Assembly: GCA_016201135.1 (NCBI GenBank)
Contig: JACQDK010000073.1
Coordinates: forward strand, 2,416 to 66,415
Length of the DNA stretch: 64,000 nt
DNA from: Actinomycetota bacterium
GTDB lineage: Bacteria; Actinomycetota; UBA4738; HRBIN12
Reading direction: 5' to 3'
Position numbers and translations under genes: made by a program. The notes beneath the pieces were generated by a model that was not told the origin of the DNA, searched no databases, and saw nothing but the letters and a program-made list of their open reading frames with translations. Shown here piece after piece: positions 16,377 through 24,928 of this stretch; position 1 is the stretch's first letter, and every line of letters begins with the position of its first letter.

Positions 16377-17336
16377 CTATGCGCGGACGGAACGGAAGGG
16401 CCGGAGGCCGATCCAACCGAGGAGCGCCGAGCAAGCGACGACGCCCGTCCAGAGGGCGCCCGGGTGAAGCGCGCCGCACAGCGCGGCCACCACGCCGATC
16501 GCCAGGAGCCCCGTCAAGGCCAGAGCGACGGTCGCCCGCGTCCTCGATTCCGGGTACCGACCGAGCAGGCGACCCACGCGGTAGCCGAGATCAGCCTCGT
16601 CGGCCAAAGCAGCGCTCGGAGCGGGCGCCGCACTCGTAAGGCCCACCTTCGCGATGGCCCGGGCGACGACCTCTGGGTCCCCGACCGCCCTCGCCGCATG
16701 GTCGTCGGCCGCCGCCTCCAGCTCCCGCCGCAGCGACGCGAACGCGCGTCGGGCAGGCGGGAGCACTCCGAACGCTTGCGTCATCACGTGGCCGACGAGC
16801 AGGAGGCCAGGATGGCCCCCCTGGACGTGGGCGACCTCATGAGCGACGGCCGCCCGCCGTTCCTCCTCGCTCAGGAGGTCCATGAGGCCTTGGGAGACGA
16901 CCACCCGCGCCCGCCGGAGACCTACGGCGAAGGCCACGGGCCGCTCGACCGGCAGGATGTAGACAGGCACTCCCTCCGGCGTTGCGGTCGGCTCGCCGAC
17001 GCTCAACCGTCGAGGCCCGACGGCGAGCGTCGCGCGAAGCGTCCTGACGGTCGCTACCGCGAGCCACCCGAGGATCGCGCCCACGACCCCGAGGGCGACC
17101 CACGCGAGGATCTGCCTGTCGTGCTCATGAGCTCCGTGAGAAGTTCCGCGCAGCAGCGAACCGGGCCCGGCGAGACAGAGCAAGAACGCGATCGGTGCAA
17201 CGGCAATCCCGATCAGAGCCCAGAGATGGAGCGCCGCGGCCACCCGCGGCGATGCGCGTCGATCGGACACGACCCCGCCGAGGGCGGGAGCGGCAAGGGC
17301 GAGCGCCCCGACCAGCGCGATGCCGGCCGCGTTCAC
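16377..17336 (-). CDS. M56-family metallopeptidase, BlaR1-like membrane signal transducer
   Basis: Polytopic N-terminus plus HEVAHVQGGH zinc motif. Start overlaps the stop of the BlaI-family gene (ATGA). Confidence 0.7.
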   Translation of the reverse strand: MNAAGIALVGALALAAPALGGVVSDRRASPRVAAALHLWALIGIAVAPIAFLLCLAGPGSLLRGTSHGAHEHDRQILAWVALGVVGAILGWLAVATVRTLRATLAVGPRRLSVGEPTATPEGVPVYILPVERPVAFAVGLRRARVVVSQGLMDLLSEEERRAAVAHEVAHVQGGHPGLLLVGHVMTQAFGVLPPARRAFASLRRELEAAADDHAARAVGDPEVVARAIAKVGLTSAAPAPSAALADEADLGYRVGRLLGRYPESRTRATVALALTGLLAIGVVAALCGALHPGALWTGVVACSALLGWIGLRPFRSVRA

Positions 17337-17719
17337 CGTGCGCTCCGTCCCCTACGCAACCGGTCGAGCGTCCTGAGCAGTTCCGGGTCCTTCGCCAATT
17401 CCTCGACGAAGTGCGCCAACACAGCCTTCGGATCCTCCGACGCCGCCAGGAGATCCTGGATCCTCCGGGCCTCGATCTCAGCGGGCGTCCCCGACGCCCG
17501 ATAGAGGTAGGCCCTCCCGGAGAGGACGCGCTCCGCCAAGCCTTTCCCGTGCAGTCGGGTAAGGACGGTCATCACGGTGGTGTAGGCCCGCTTCCGACCC
17601 TTCAGCTTCGACGCGATGTCACGTACCGAGAGCGGCTCCGTCGCGTCCCAGAGGCACCCGAGCACCTGGGCCTCGAGGGCCCCGATGCGATGCCCGGCTA
17701 CGATGCGGCTTCGCGTCAT
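17333..17719 (-). CDS. BlaI/MecI/CopY-family transcriptional repressor
   Basis: LEAQVLGCLWDATEPLSVRDIASKL...YTTVMTVLTRLHGKGL winged helix. Start taken at MTRSRIVAG. Confidence 0.7.
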   Translation of the reverse strand: MTRSRIVAGHRIGALEAQVLGCLWDATEPLSVRDIASKLKGRKRAYTTVMTVLTRLHGKGLAERVLSGRAYLYRASGTPAEIEARRIQDLLAASEDPKAVLAHFVEELAKDPELLRTLDRLRRGRSAR

Positions 17720-17799
17720 GCCACCCGCATGCTGGCCGCCCCACGCCACGTTCGTCAACCGGGAGGCAGCCGGCACCAGTACATTCGGCCTCATGACGC

Positions 17800-17811
17800 C
17801 ACACTAGTGTG
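17800..17811. promoter_or_regulatory. perfect palindrome CACACTAGTGTG upstream of the BlaI/CopY-family gene
   Basis: Read directly. It contains ACA...TGT arms like the TACAnnTGTA boxes of CopY/BlaI-family repressors. Confidence 0.4.
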
Positions 17812-18199
17812 CGAACGCATCGGAGAGCTCTCGCGCCGCGATCCGCGCGGCGGTGACGACCGCAACGCTCACCAGCAGGTACGTGACGATCGCCGTGGCC
17901 CCGGCGACCGCCAGGGTCACCGCGATCGAGGGAGCGCGCTCCGGCGGCGGGAGGCAGCGCCGCGCCCGCCGCAACGTCAGCCACCCGCTTACGACGAGGA
18001 TTGTCACTCCGGCTACGACGAACGGCCACCGGGCAAGCCCGATACCGACGCCGGCCGCCGCGGCGCCGACGCCGGCGCACGCGGTGCACAGTGCCGCAAG
18101 GACGGGACCAAACGACGGTACCGAAGCGAGGAGTCCGCCGAGCGCCCCGCGGCCGGCGCCGCGGGCGCACCCGTCAGCGATCGGAGTTCTGGTGTCCAC
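17804..18199 (-). CDS. membrane protein with CxxC (LCTACAG) at the start of a TM helix
   Basis: Two hydrophobic helices. Start uncertain. Confidence 0.4.
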   Translation of the reverse strand: MDTRTPIADGCARGAGRGALGGLLASVPSFGPVLAALCTACAGVGAAAAGVGIGLARWPFVVAGVTILVVSGWLTLRRARRCLPPPERAPSIAVTLAVAGATAIVTYLLVSVAVVTAARIAARELSDAFAH

Positions 18200-18416
18200 G
18201 CAAAGCCCGACTCCGTGCCCGCTTGAGCCTGCCCAGCTTCAGGCCGGCCCACACAGCGACGACGATCCCGAGAACGGTGAGCGGCCAGTAACGCACGGCG
18301 AGTCCTCCGGCCGCGGCGACGGCCCCCCCGGCCGTGATGGCCAGCAGTGGCACCGCGCAGCAAGCGATCATCGCCACCACGGCAAGCACCGTCCCCGTTC
18401 CACTGCCCTTACTCAC
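18174..18416 (-). CDS. small two-TM membrane protein with CCxxP motif (MerF/MerT-like metal-thiol transporter candidate)
   Basis: VLAVVAMIACCAVPLLAITAG. The CCxxP in TM1 recalls MerT (CCLGP) and MerF (CCFTP). Confidence 0.45.
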   Translation of the reverse strand: MSKGSGTGTVLAVVAMIACCAVPLLAITAGGAVAAAGGLAVRYWPLTVLGIVVAVWAGLKLGRLKRARSRALRGHQNSDR

Positions 18417-18452
18417 TCCCGCCGTCCCTTCCCGTTCCCGGCCCCAGATCGC

Positions 18453-19118
18453 TCATCCTGTCCCTTGGACGGCCTGCTGGAGGAGGCTCAGGTAGGCGGG
18501 ATCGGCCTGCACGTCGTTCACATCCTCTAGGACCCCTCGGCCGTTCAGAAGGAACTTCGTGTCGAGCGCTCGAAGGCTCACGGCCCGGGCGAACGTGTCG
18601 TTCTGATCGAGCGCGACGATCCAGTCGGGCCTCGCGAACTTCTCTCTCCAGCCCCTGAGGGCAGCAGGTCCCTCGGTCGTGTCGACGAACATGACGAGGA
18701 CGTTGAAGGCGTTCCCACCCAGCTGGTCGTCGAGCCGGGAGACCAGCTTCGCGCCCTCCTGGCACGGGAGGCAGTACGACGTCGTGAACCAGATGATCGT
18801 TGGCTTGCCGCTGAGTGAGTCTTTCGTCACGACGCGGCCGTCGACGTCGGTAACGCTGAACGCCGGGAATGGCTTTCCGATCCGGATTGCGCCCGCATCG
18901 ACGCTGACCCTTGGCGCCGTCGACCGGGCTACCGCCCCCGATGCCCGGCTCGGCTGGGGACTTCCCCTCGCGAACACGAGCGCGGTGGCGATCACCGCCA
19001 CGAGCACCACAACGGCCGCCGTCCCAAGCGCGCGGATGCGCTGGTTCCGGCGAGCAGCCTTCCGGCGGGTCTCGTGGGCTCGCGCTCGTGCCGGCTTGAC
19101 ACGGGTCTTCCCGCTCAT
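18453..19118 (-). CDS. TlpA/ResA-like thiol-disulfide oxidoreductase, membrane-anchored
   Basis: N-terminal TM anchor, thioredoxin fold, WFTTSYCLPCQEG. ATGA overlap with ccdA. Confidence 0.75.
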   Translation of the reverse strand: MSGKTRVKPARARAHETRRKAARRNQRIRALGTAAVVVLVAVIATALVFARGSPQPSRASGAVARSTAPRVSVDAGAIRIGKPFPAFSVTDVDGRVVTKDSLSGKPTIIWFTTSYCLPCQEGAKLVSRLDDQLGGNAFNVLVMFVDTTEGPAALRGWREKFARPDWIVALDQNDTFARAVSLRALDTKFLLNGRGVLEDVNDVQADPAYLSLLQQAVQGTG

Positions 19119-20047
19119 AGCTCACTCCTGGATCCGGACGCGGACGCGTCCAACGTCTCTTCTTCCAGCTCGCCAACCTCTGTCGAGGGTTCCTCGTCCT
19201 CTGGCACCCGGTCCCGCATCCGCCGGCCGACCAGCACGATCGCCGCTGCGAAGAAGAGCGCGACGCCGACCGCGAACCAAGCGCGCTCCCCGACGCGGGT
19301 GATGAGGTTCTGGGCGTCATCCTGGAGGGTTTGCATGAACCGGACCGGGCCACTTTCCGCGTTGCCCGACAGGAGCGAGAGCCAGTAGTACGCGACGTAC
19401 GCGCCGCTCAGAACCAGCAGACCGCCGCTGATCCTGCTCATGTATGGCATCACCAGACGGGTCCTGCGGATGAGCACGTCTCGGAACCCCGCGGTGGCGA
19501 GGCACAGGAGCATGAGGACCGTTGCCATCCCCAGGCCGTAGGCTGCGAAGACCCCTAGGATCCCCGACGCCGACCCCTGTGCGAGACCGGCCCCGATCAC
19601 CACGAGAAAGATGGGCAGCGTGCACGAGAGCGAGCCAACACCGTAGGCCACCCCGAATGCGAAGATCGAGCGGTACCCGGCGCCCCCCGAGCCGTGCCGA
19701 AGACCTGGAAGACGAAGAGCCAGATGCCGTCCGGCGAGGAGCCACAGACCTAGCACCATAAGGACTAGGCCGATCACGACCGTGACCCACGGGAGGAACC
19801 GGAGGACCGCCCGCGCCCCCAACGAGAAGACCAATCCGACCGACGCGAAGACGAGCAGGAAGCCGGCCGTCAAGACCAGGCCGACGACGAGGCCGTCGCT
19901 TACATGACCGGGTCGATCATCCTGCGGTGATCCGGCCCCCAAGTAGTAGGAGATGAAAGAAGGAAGCAGCGCGAACCCGCACGGGTTCACCGTAGCGACG
20001 AGGCCCGCGGCGAATGCAAGAGCTAGAGGCACTCCTCCGACCGTCAC
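19115..20047 (-). CDS. ccdA: thiol-disulfide electron transporter CcdA (DsbD family)
   Basis: VNPCGFALLPSF and GSLSCTLPIF conserved Cys motifs in a 6-TM protein. Confidence 0.8.
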   Translation of the reverse strand: MTVGGVPLALAFAAGLVATVNPCGFALLPSFISYYLGAGSPQDDRPGHVSDGLVVGLVLTAGFLLVFASVGLVFSLGARAVLRFLPWVTVVIGLVLMVLGLWLLAGRHLALRLPGLRHGSGGAGYRSIFAFGVAYGVGSLSCTLPIFLVVIGAGLAQGSASGILGVFAAYGLGMATVLMLLCLATAGFRDVLIRRTRLVMPYMSRISGGLLVLSGAYVAYYWLSLLSGNAESGPVRFMQTLQDDAQNLITRVGERAWFAVGVALFFAAAIVLVGRRMRDRVPEDEEPSTEVGELEEETLDASASGSRSEL

Positions 20048-20124
20048 CTACGCCCCTCCTTCCCGGTGCCGCGCTGACGACGAATCCGACGACACCGTGG
20101 TAGCGCCGAGGGCGGAGACGGAGG

Positions 20125-20775
20125 TCATGCAAGAGACCTCCCGACTGCCGCCTGCAGGGTTGCCCGGGATGTGAACCCCGAGTCCCGGAAGGTCACCTTG
20201 CCACTCGGGTCGATGACGACCGTGGTGCTGACGTCGATGACCCCGTACGACTGCGCCACCCGGAAGCCCACATCCTCGCCATACGCCATGTCGCCGCCGC
20301 CGAGGCTCCGGTAGTAGTTCGCCGCCTGCTGAGGTGACATACCGCTGTCGTCGACGACGAGCACGACGAGTCCCTGGCCCTTGAGCGCTTCCCACGTTTT
20401 CGTAAGCGTCGCGATCTCTGCGGTGCAACTGACACAGCCCTGTGCCAAGAAGTCGACGACCACCGTTCGGCCACGGTAGGACGACAGCCGAAACGTCCCA
20501 CCATCAGCCGTCGGGATGGCGAAATCAGGCGCGGTCTCGCCCGGCCTGCTGCCGAGTGGGGCCCGCCCGACGGAGGGCCGCGGGGCCCCCGCCGCAACGA
20601 CTGGACGTGAAGCTGAGGAATGGTCGGGCTCCCTCGCGAGAGCGAGATCCCAAACGACGTAGACGCCGCCGATCACAAGCCCCGCGACGACGAGGAAGAA
20701 GCCGGCTCGACGAACGATGCCCTGCCGGACCCCCGGCTCGGGCGCGCGGGCTCCCTCACACCTGTTCCCTGTCAC
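20125..20775 (-). CDS. TlpA-like thioredoxin-family protein (CVSC active site)
   Basis: APDFAIPTADGGTFRLSSYRGRTVVVDFLAQGCVSCTAE. GTG start overlaps the upstream stop (GTGA). Confidence 0.7.
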   Translation of the reverse strand: MTGNRCEGARAPEPGVRQGIVRRAGFFLVVAGLVIGGVYVVWDLALAREPDHSSASRPVVAAGAPRPSVGRAPLGSRPGETAPDFAIPTADGGTFRLSSYRGRTVVVDFLAQGCVSCTAEIATLTKTWEALKGQGLVVLVVDDSGMSPQQAANYYRSLGGGDMAYGEDVGFRVAQSYGVIDVSTTVVIDPSGKVTFRDSGFTSRATLQAAVGRSLA

Positions 20776-21773
20776 CGCTGAGGTTCCCTGGACATGACCT
20801 TGCGAACTTCCCGCGTGCCGATCGCGGCCGGTGTTCGGTGGCTCGCACCCGAACGCCGGATCCTGCGATCCAGAAGGACCACGTTCAACCCAAGGAGGAT
20901 GAGGGAGAGCCCCATCAGCACGGGCGTCGACCGGTAGAGCGCGCCGACCGCCACGCCGCCCGCGACGGCGGCGACCGGCGCCCCACAGCAGACGGGGACC
21001 GTCGCGAGCGCGGGCAGTGCCGCGAACAGTCCGTGGCGTCGCACCGAGCAGCGCTCGACGGCCGGGAGCCGGAGAGACAGCGAGACGGTCCGAGCGACCA
21101 GGACCGACCCCAAGGCCAAGAACCCGATCGTCACCCAGGGGATGATCGCCGACCACCGCCCAGCAACGACGATCCAGATGCCGGTAAGCCGCCATGACGG
21201 AAGCGGATAGATGCGGAAGAGGAACGACGGCCCGGACCAGGTACCCGCCTGGATCGGGGTGACGACCCCGGACGCAATGACCACGAGGGAGGCGAAGCCG
21301 GCCCCGATGGCGGCCGCGATCACGCGCCTCGCGAGTCTGGACGGCGATGGACCCACCGAGGGAAGGTTCGAAGCGAGGGCCACGATCGCGGCGATCTCAA
21401 GCACCGTCGCGACCACGCCCCAAAGCTCCACGGGCTCGGGCCTCGGGGCTCCCGGGGGTGGGATCAATCGCGTAGTCATCCAGGTGGCTACTAGCACGGC
21501 GCCTCCCCACAGCCCGATCCGATACACGCGGGGGCTTGGCATCAGGAGCAAGGCGAACGCCAGCCACAGCTGGAACGCGTCCGCGGCCAGGAAGAACAGG
21601 CCGAACTGCGGTCCGTCGCGGAAGTGTTCCGGGGTCAGGAAGAGGTGGACGTTCGCTGCCCCCAGCACGAGGGCCACCGTTAGGAAGGTGGCCGACGGCG
21701 ATATGGCCCGCGCCCCCGAGGCCGGCTCCGGCCAGTTGCTCAACTCCACCTCGTGAACGTCATGGACCTTCAT
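20772..21773 (-). CDS. polytopic membrane protein with C-terminal VPVCCGAPV motif
   Basis: 333-aa ORF, at least 8 hydrophobic helices, Cys pair in the last TM region. First gene of the redox/metal cluster. Confidence 0.5.
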   Translation of the reverse strand: MKVHDVHEVELSNWPEPASGARAISPSATFLTVALVLGAANVHLFLTPEHFRDGPQFGLFFLAADAFQLWLAFALLLMPSPRVYRIGLWGGAVLVATWMTTRLIPPPGAPRPEPVELWGVVATVLEIAAIVALASNLPSVGPSPSRLARRVIAAAIGAGFASLVVIASGVVTPIQAGTWSGPSFLFRIYPLPSWRLTGIWIVVAGRWSAIIPWVTIGFLALGSVLVARTVSLSLRLPAVERCSVRRHGLFAALPALATVPVCCGAPVAAVAGGVAVGALYRSTPVLMGLSLILLGLNVVLLDRRIRRSGASHRTPAAIGTREVRKVMSREPQR

Positions 21774-21787
21774 CCAGGAAGGGATTC

Positions 21788-21805
21788 TACTACGAGCGCG
21801 TAGGA
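21788..21805. promoter_or_regulatory. palindrome family copy 1: CTACTACGAGCGCGTAGGA (imperfect)
   Basis: Abuts an ATG at 21809. Shares the half-sites CTACTACG/CGTAG with copies at 22107, 22569 and 23393. Confidence 0.4.
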
Positions 21806-22106
21806 CTCATGCTCGAGGCCCGAGCGCTCCACAAGCAACGACCGGGGGTGTCAAACGTTTGCGCCGAAGTCGCCATCTTCGCCTGCGGGGCATCCTCGGC
21901 TCGGGACGTCGGGGACGTGATGTAGCACTGGTCGAGGAACTCGCCACAATCACGATGTCTGGGTGACGAAGCCACCAGCGCCGTGCGGCCCCACTTCGCA
22001 AGCGGCCGACCCTCTCGCACCAGGACCTTGTGTCTTGCTCCGCTACTTCCTCGCGAAGTTCAGCAGCCGGACCCCCCAGCAGCCTCGTCTCGTCGTTGCT
22101 CCAATC

Positions 22107-22126
22107 CTACTACGTAGCCGTAGTAG
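22107..22126. promoter_or_regulatory. palindrome family copy 2: CTACTACG-TAGC-CGTAGTAG (perfect 8-4-8)
   Basis: Read directly. Lies 47 nt downstream of the minus-strand gene 22173..22478. Confidence 0.5.
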
Positions 22127-22172
22127 CCCGTCGGCGGACATCGACGCGTAGTTCTTCTCTTGGCGGAACGCT

Positions 22173-22478
22173 TCAGATCGGGCCGTCCCAAGACGTCCTG
22201 ATCCGTTGATGCCACCGGCCTCGCACGCTCACCTCCATCTCAGCCGGCGGGTCGCCGATCGATGGATGCACGAAGAGGAGGAAGTCACCGGCATTGAGTT
22301 CCCTGAAGTTCGAGAGGCGCGAGGGCGCCTCCGTGGAGGTGTGAACAGTTCTCACCGACGCCCCGCAGCAAGTGAGCCTAGTCACCCAAACGTAGAGGCG
22401 GCCGCCTCTCCCGTGTATGAACGCACTTGCCTCGGGGGAGGCCACTACGCGAACCGGGCTCAGTCCCTCCTCGGCCAC
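22173..22478 (-). CDS. small hypothetical protein (GGRLYVW family; paralog of 11747..12067)
   Basis: MAEEGLSPVRVVASPEASAFIHGRGGRLYVWVTRLTCCGASV...FRELNAGDFLLFVHP. Confidence 0.55.
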   Translation of the reverse strand: MAEEGLSPVRVVASPEASAFIHGRGGRLYVWVTRLTCCGASVRTVHTSTEAPSRLSNFRELNAGDFLLFVHPSIGDPPAEMEVSVRGRWHQRIRTSWDGPI

Positions 22479-23050
22479 CTCCGGCGTGCCGACCGGGTGG
22501 GCCAGATCGAGCGGTGTCTTGCTCGTTGCTTGCCACGGCCCGCCTCCATCCTCGACTTCGCGATCGATCTACTACTTGATTGTAGGAGCTGCCACCTGCG
22601 GCTGCGGGTCTCGCTGAACTGGCTCGTCGCGGAGCCGCAACAGCAACCCCGCGAGGCCAAGAGGTAGACCGTCGTCGCCAGGAGCGGAGACAGGAAGAAG
22701 TTCCAGCCGGCGCCGACCATCAGCCGGTCGATCGCCCACGTCCCGCCGACGGCGGGGACGGCGAAGGCGTTCTCCCAGAGTGCCGCCGGGGGCCGCGCCG
22801 CCCGAATCGTCCGACCACGAGTAACGAGGAGGGCGAGCCCAACGTACGCGAGGGTGCCGCCGGCCACGAAGAGGAAGACTTCAGCCTGGGACGGAAGGCC
22901 GAACCTACCCAGACACAGGGCACCCGTGGTCCAGATGGTGAGCGTATAGCCGTATGGAACGCCGGCCTTGCTCACCACCTCGGTGAGCGACTCCGAGATC
23001 TTCAGTCCCGGTACTCCTTCGTCGATGCCCAGGGATCGTTCTTGCAGCAC
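22460..23050 (-). CDS. hypothetical membrane protein (C-terminal tail low-complexity, possibly misframed)
   Basis: N-terminal 150 aa are protein-like with about 4 TM helices. The C-terminal 45 aa (GCCCGSATSQFSETRSRRWQ...) look non-protein. Confidence 0.45.
   Translation of the reverse strand: MLQERSLGIDEGVPGLKISESLTEVVSKAGVPYGYTLTIWTTGALCLGRFGLPSQAEVFLFVAGGTLAYVGLALLVTRGRTIRAARPPAALWENAFAVPAVGGTWAIDRLMVGAGWNFFLSPLLATTVYLLASRGCCCGSATSQFSETRSRRWQLLQSSSRSIAKSRMEAGRGKQRARHRSIWPTRSARRRWPRRD
22569..22588. promoter_or_regulatory. palindrome family copy 3: CTACTACT-TGAT-TGTAGGAG (two mismatches)
   Basis: Lies inside the low-complexity 3' tail of ORF 22460..23050. Confidence 0.4.
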
Positions 23051-23346
23051 TCGTCCTCATCGTCGTCGGGCTCAAGATCTGGGTCAGTGGCGGTCTCCGG
23101 CTCCGTGTCCGCGCTCCAATCGAGCCGCTGTGGGGCACACCAGCACATGCAAGCCTCCCTTCGGTCGTCATTCTCATTAGTCGTGCTTGACTCGATGCAG
23201 GGCGCGTTTTCGTGCGGCGGCTGGTAGGAACCTCGGGTGAGCCGAACGAGCTCCGCCCGCCGAGGTGTATCGGGCAAGAGAGCCTGTCGATGGGACTCAC
23301 CTACACACCCCTCGCAGGTCATGCCGTGGAACCGCATCCGCTTCAT
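23002..23346 (-). CDS. Cys-rich acidic protein with N-terminal GMTCxxC-like motif (metal-binding candidate)
   Basis: MKRMRFHGMTCEGCV... CMCWC ... DEDECC. 8 Cys in 114 aa, with a D/E-rich tail. Mixed codon third positions. Confidence 0.4.
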   Translation of the reverse strand: MKRMRFHGMTCEGCVGESHRQALLPDTPRRAELVRLTRGSYQPPHENAPCIESSTTNENDDRREACMCWCAPQRLDWSADTEPETATDPDLEPDDDEDECCKNDPWASTKEYRD

Positions 23347-23392
23347 GGGCCACCCCCTCGTCCTCCACCGGCGTCCGACGCTGCGCTCGAAT

Positions 23393-23416
23393 CTACTCCT
23401 ACCCGGCAGTAGTAGG
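23393..23416. promoter_or_regulatory. palindrome family copy 4: CTACTCCTACCCGGCAGTAGTAGG (same half-sites, longer spacer)
   Basis: About 45-70 nt upstream of the start (23346) of the Cys-rich protein gene. Confidence 0.4.
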
Positions 23417-23445
23417 CTGACGATGGCCCGTCGGCACGAGAAGGC

Positions 23446-24459
23446 TCAGAAGTGACGGAACAGGCTCGCCGCGTTCGCATCGGCCCGCGAGATCCAGGTC
23501 AGGGCGACCCAGCCGATCGGAAAGGCCATGACCAGATGGGCGAGGAGCGGCCAGAGCGGGAACCACTTCGGGAACCTGATGGCGGGCATCATCGGCGGCA
23601 TCACGACCATCATCGCCAGCCACACGAAGACGCCCCAGGCGAAGGCCAGCCCCCAGTTCCCGTCGCCGGCCAGCATCGTGTACATTATCCCGAAGCTCAC
23701 CCCGTTCAGCGCGTGCCAGGTGTAGCCCCAAAGTGTCACCTTGGCTCGGGAGGTCCCCGTCTCCTCGAGTGTGTCGGGAAGCGCCCTGGAGGCGAGGTGA
23801 CGAAACGTGTTCATCGGTATCTTGGGCAGACCGCGAGGCTGCGAGTATGGGAGCCCGTCCACCCCCTGGGCGGCCTCATCCATCGCCCGCATCAAGATCA
23901 GACGGGTCTCCTCCGGAAGCTCCGCCAGCACCGCCATCTGGGTGGCCATGACCTGCCGGCGAGGCGGATCCGGGAGGCGCCCCAGTCCGGCCATCATGGC
24001 CCCGACGACGGCTCGGCGCTTGGCGGGCTCCAATCTGGCGACGGCGGGGAGCCGAACGGCCATCATCCGCCGGCGTTCCTGTTCGGGGACCCGGGAAAGG
24101 TGCTCGACCAGGCGGCCGATCATGTTGCGCTGAAAACGCGGGGCATCTCCCAGGGCGATGACCCCGAACATCATGGGCATGTCCATGGGGAAGAGGCGCA
24201 GGCCCAGCCCGATGAGGCGGACGATGTCCAGGGCGATCGTGGCCAGGAGGCCGCCCAGGGCCCCCCAGGCAACCAGCTGGACCACCGGCTCGTCCTGCGC
24301 GATTCCGTAGATCATCAGCGCGGCGTAGGCGATCAGAGCGGGCACCCCCAGGTGCCGGATCACCTTCGGAGCGGGAACGCCGAGGATCCGGTCGGCGAGG
24401 AGCAGTGTGATGGGGCCGGCGGTGAGCGCGAACAGCGGGATCAAGAGCCACCAGTTCAT
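23446..24459 (-). CDS. membrane protein with central ELPE-type repeats (paralog of 7640..8962)
   Basis: Start MNWWLLIPLF with GGGAGG RBS. Repeats LPDPPRRQVMATQMAV / LAELPEETRLILMRAM, flanked by N- and C-terminal TM blocks. Confidence 0.6.
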   Translation of the reverse strand: MNWWLLIPLFALTAGPITLLLADRILGVPAPKVIRHLGVPALIAYAALMIYGIAQDEPVVQLVAWGALGGLLATIALDIVRLIGLGLRLFPMDMPMMFGVIALGDAPRFQRNMIGRLVEHLSRVPEQERRRMMAVRLPAVARLEPAKRRAVVGAMMAGLGRLPDPPRRQVMATQMAVLAELPEETRLILMRAMDEAAQGVDGLPYSQPRGLPKIPMNTFRHLASRALPDTLEETGTSRAKVTLWGYTWHALNGVSFGIMYTMLAGDGNWGLAFAWGVFVWLAMMVVMPPMMPAIRFPKWFPLWPLLAHLVMAFPIGWVALTWISRADANAASLFRHF

Positions 24460-24491
24460 GACGAACCTCCCAGAGAGCGTTTCTCCAGTGA

Positions 24492-24924
24492 TTTGGTCGA
24501 GGAGGAGGCGACATCGGGTCCCCGGTTCCGCCTCCTGTACGACGGGCGCTGCGGGTTGTGCGGCCGGTTCGCCGGGCCCGCCGGGCGGCTGGACCGACAG
24601 GGTCGGCTCGCCCTCCTGCCCTTCGACGATCCGCTCGCGGCAGTAGATCTGGCCCGCCTCCCAGACGAGAAGCGCTACTCGGCGTTCCACCTGGTGGCTC
24701 CGGCCGGAAGAATCCGGAGCGGAGAGGAGGCGGTGCTTCCCACCCTGGACCTGCTCGCCGGCGGGAAGGAGCTCGCGGCCGTCCTCCGCCTGGCTCCCGG
24801 CGGCGAGCTAGCGGTGCGGGGAGCGTACCGGTGGGTGGCCCGGAATCGCACGACCCTGGAGCGGTTGTTTCCGGATAGCAGGGATCGCAGGAAATCCTGT
24901 GACGTTGAACGAGATGGAGGGTGA
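24492..24924 (+). CDS. DCC1-like thiol-disulfide oxidoreductase family protein (DUF393)
   Basis: RFRLLYDGRCGLCGRF...RLALLPF. Hidden inside the long spurious ORF 23452..24924. TTG/alternative start uncertain. Its end overlaps the sigma-factor start. Confidence 0.5.
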
Positions 24925-24928
24925 GCGC

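Noticed and set aside
21809-21925. 38-codon plus-strand ORF (MLEARALHKQRPGVSNVCAEVAIFACGASSARDVGDVM) starting right after palindrome copy 1
   Set aside because: No RBS, no recognisable features, and it lies in the ORF-free palindrome-rich stretch. Kept only as a note in case transcript data show otherwise.
22460-22600. C-terminal 45 aa of the membrane-protein ORF 22460..23050 (GCCCGSATSQFSETRSRRWQ...) as a real Cys-rich tail
   Set aside because: The composition looks non-protein and the segment contains one of the palindrome copies. It is more likely 3' UTR or regulatory DNA read through for lack of a stop codon.
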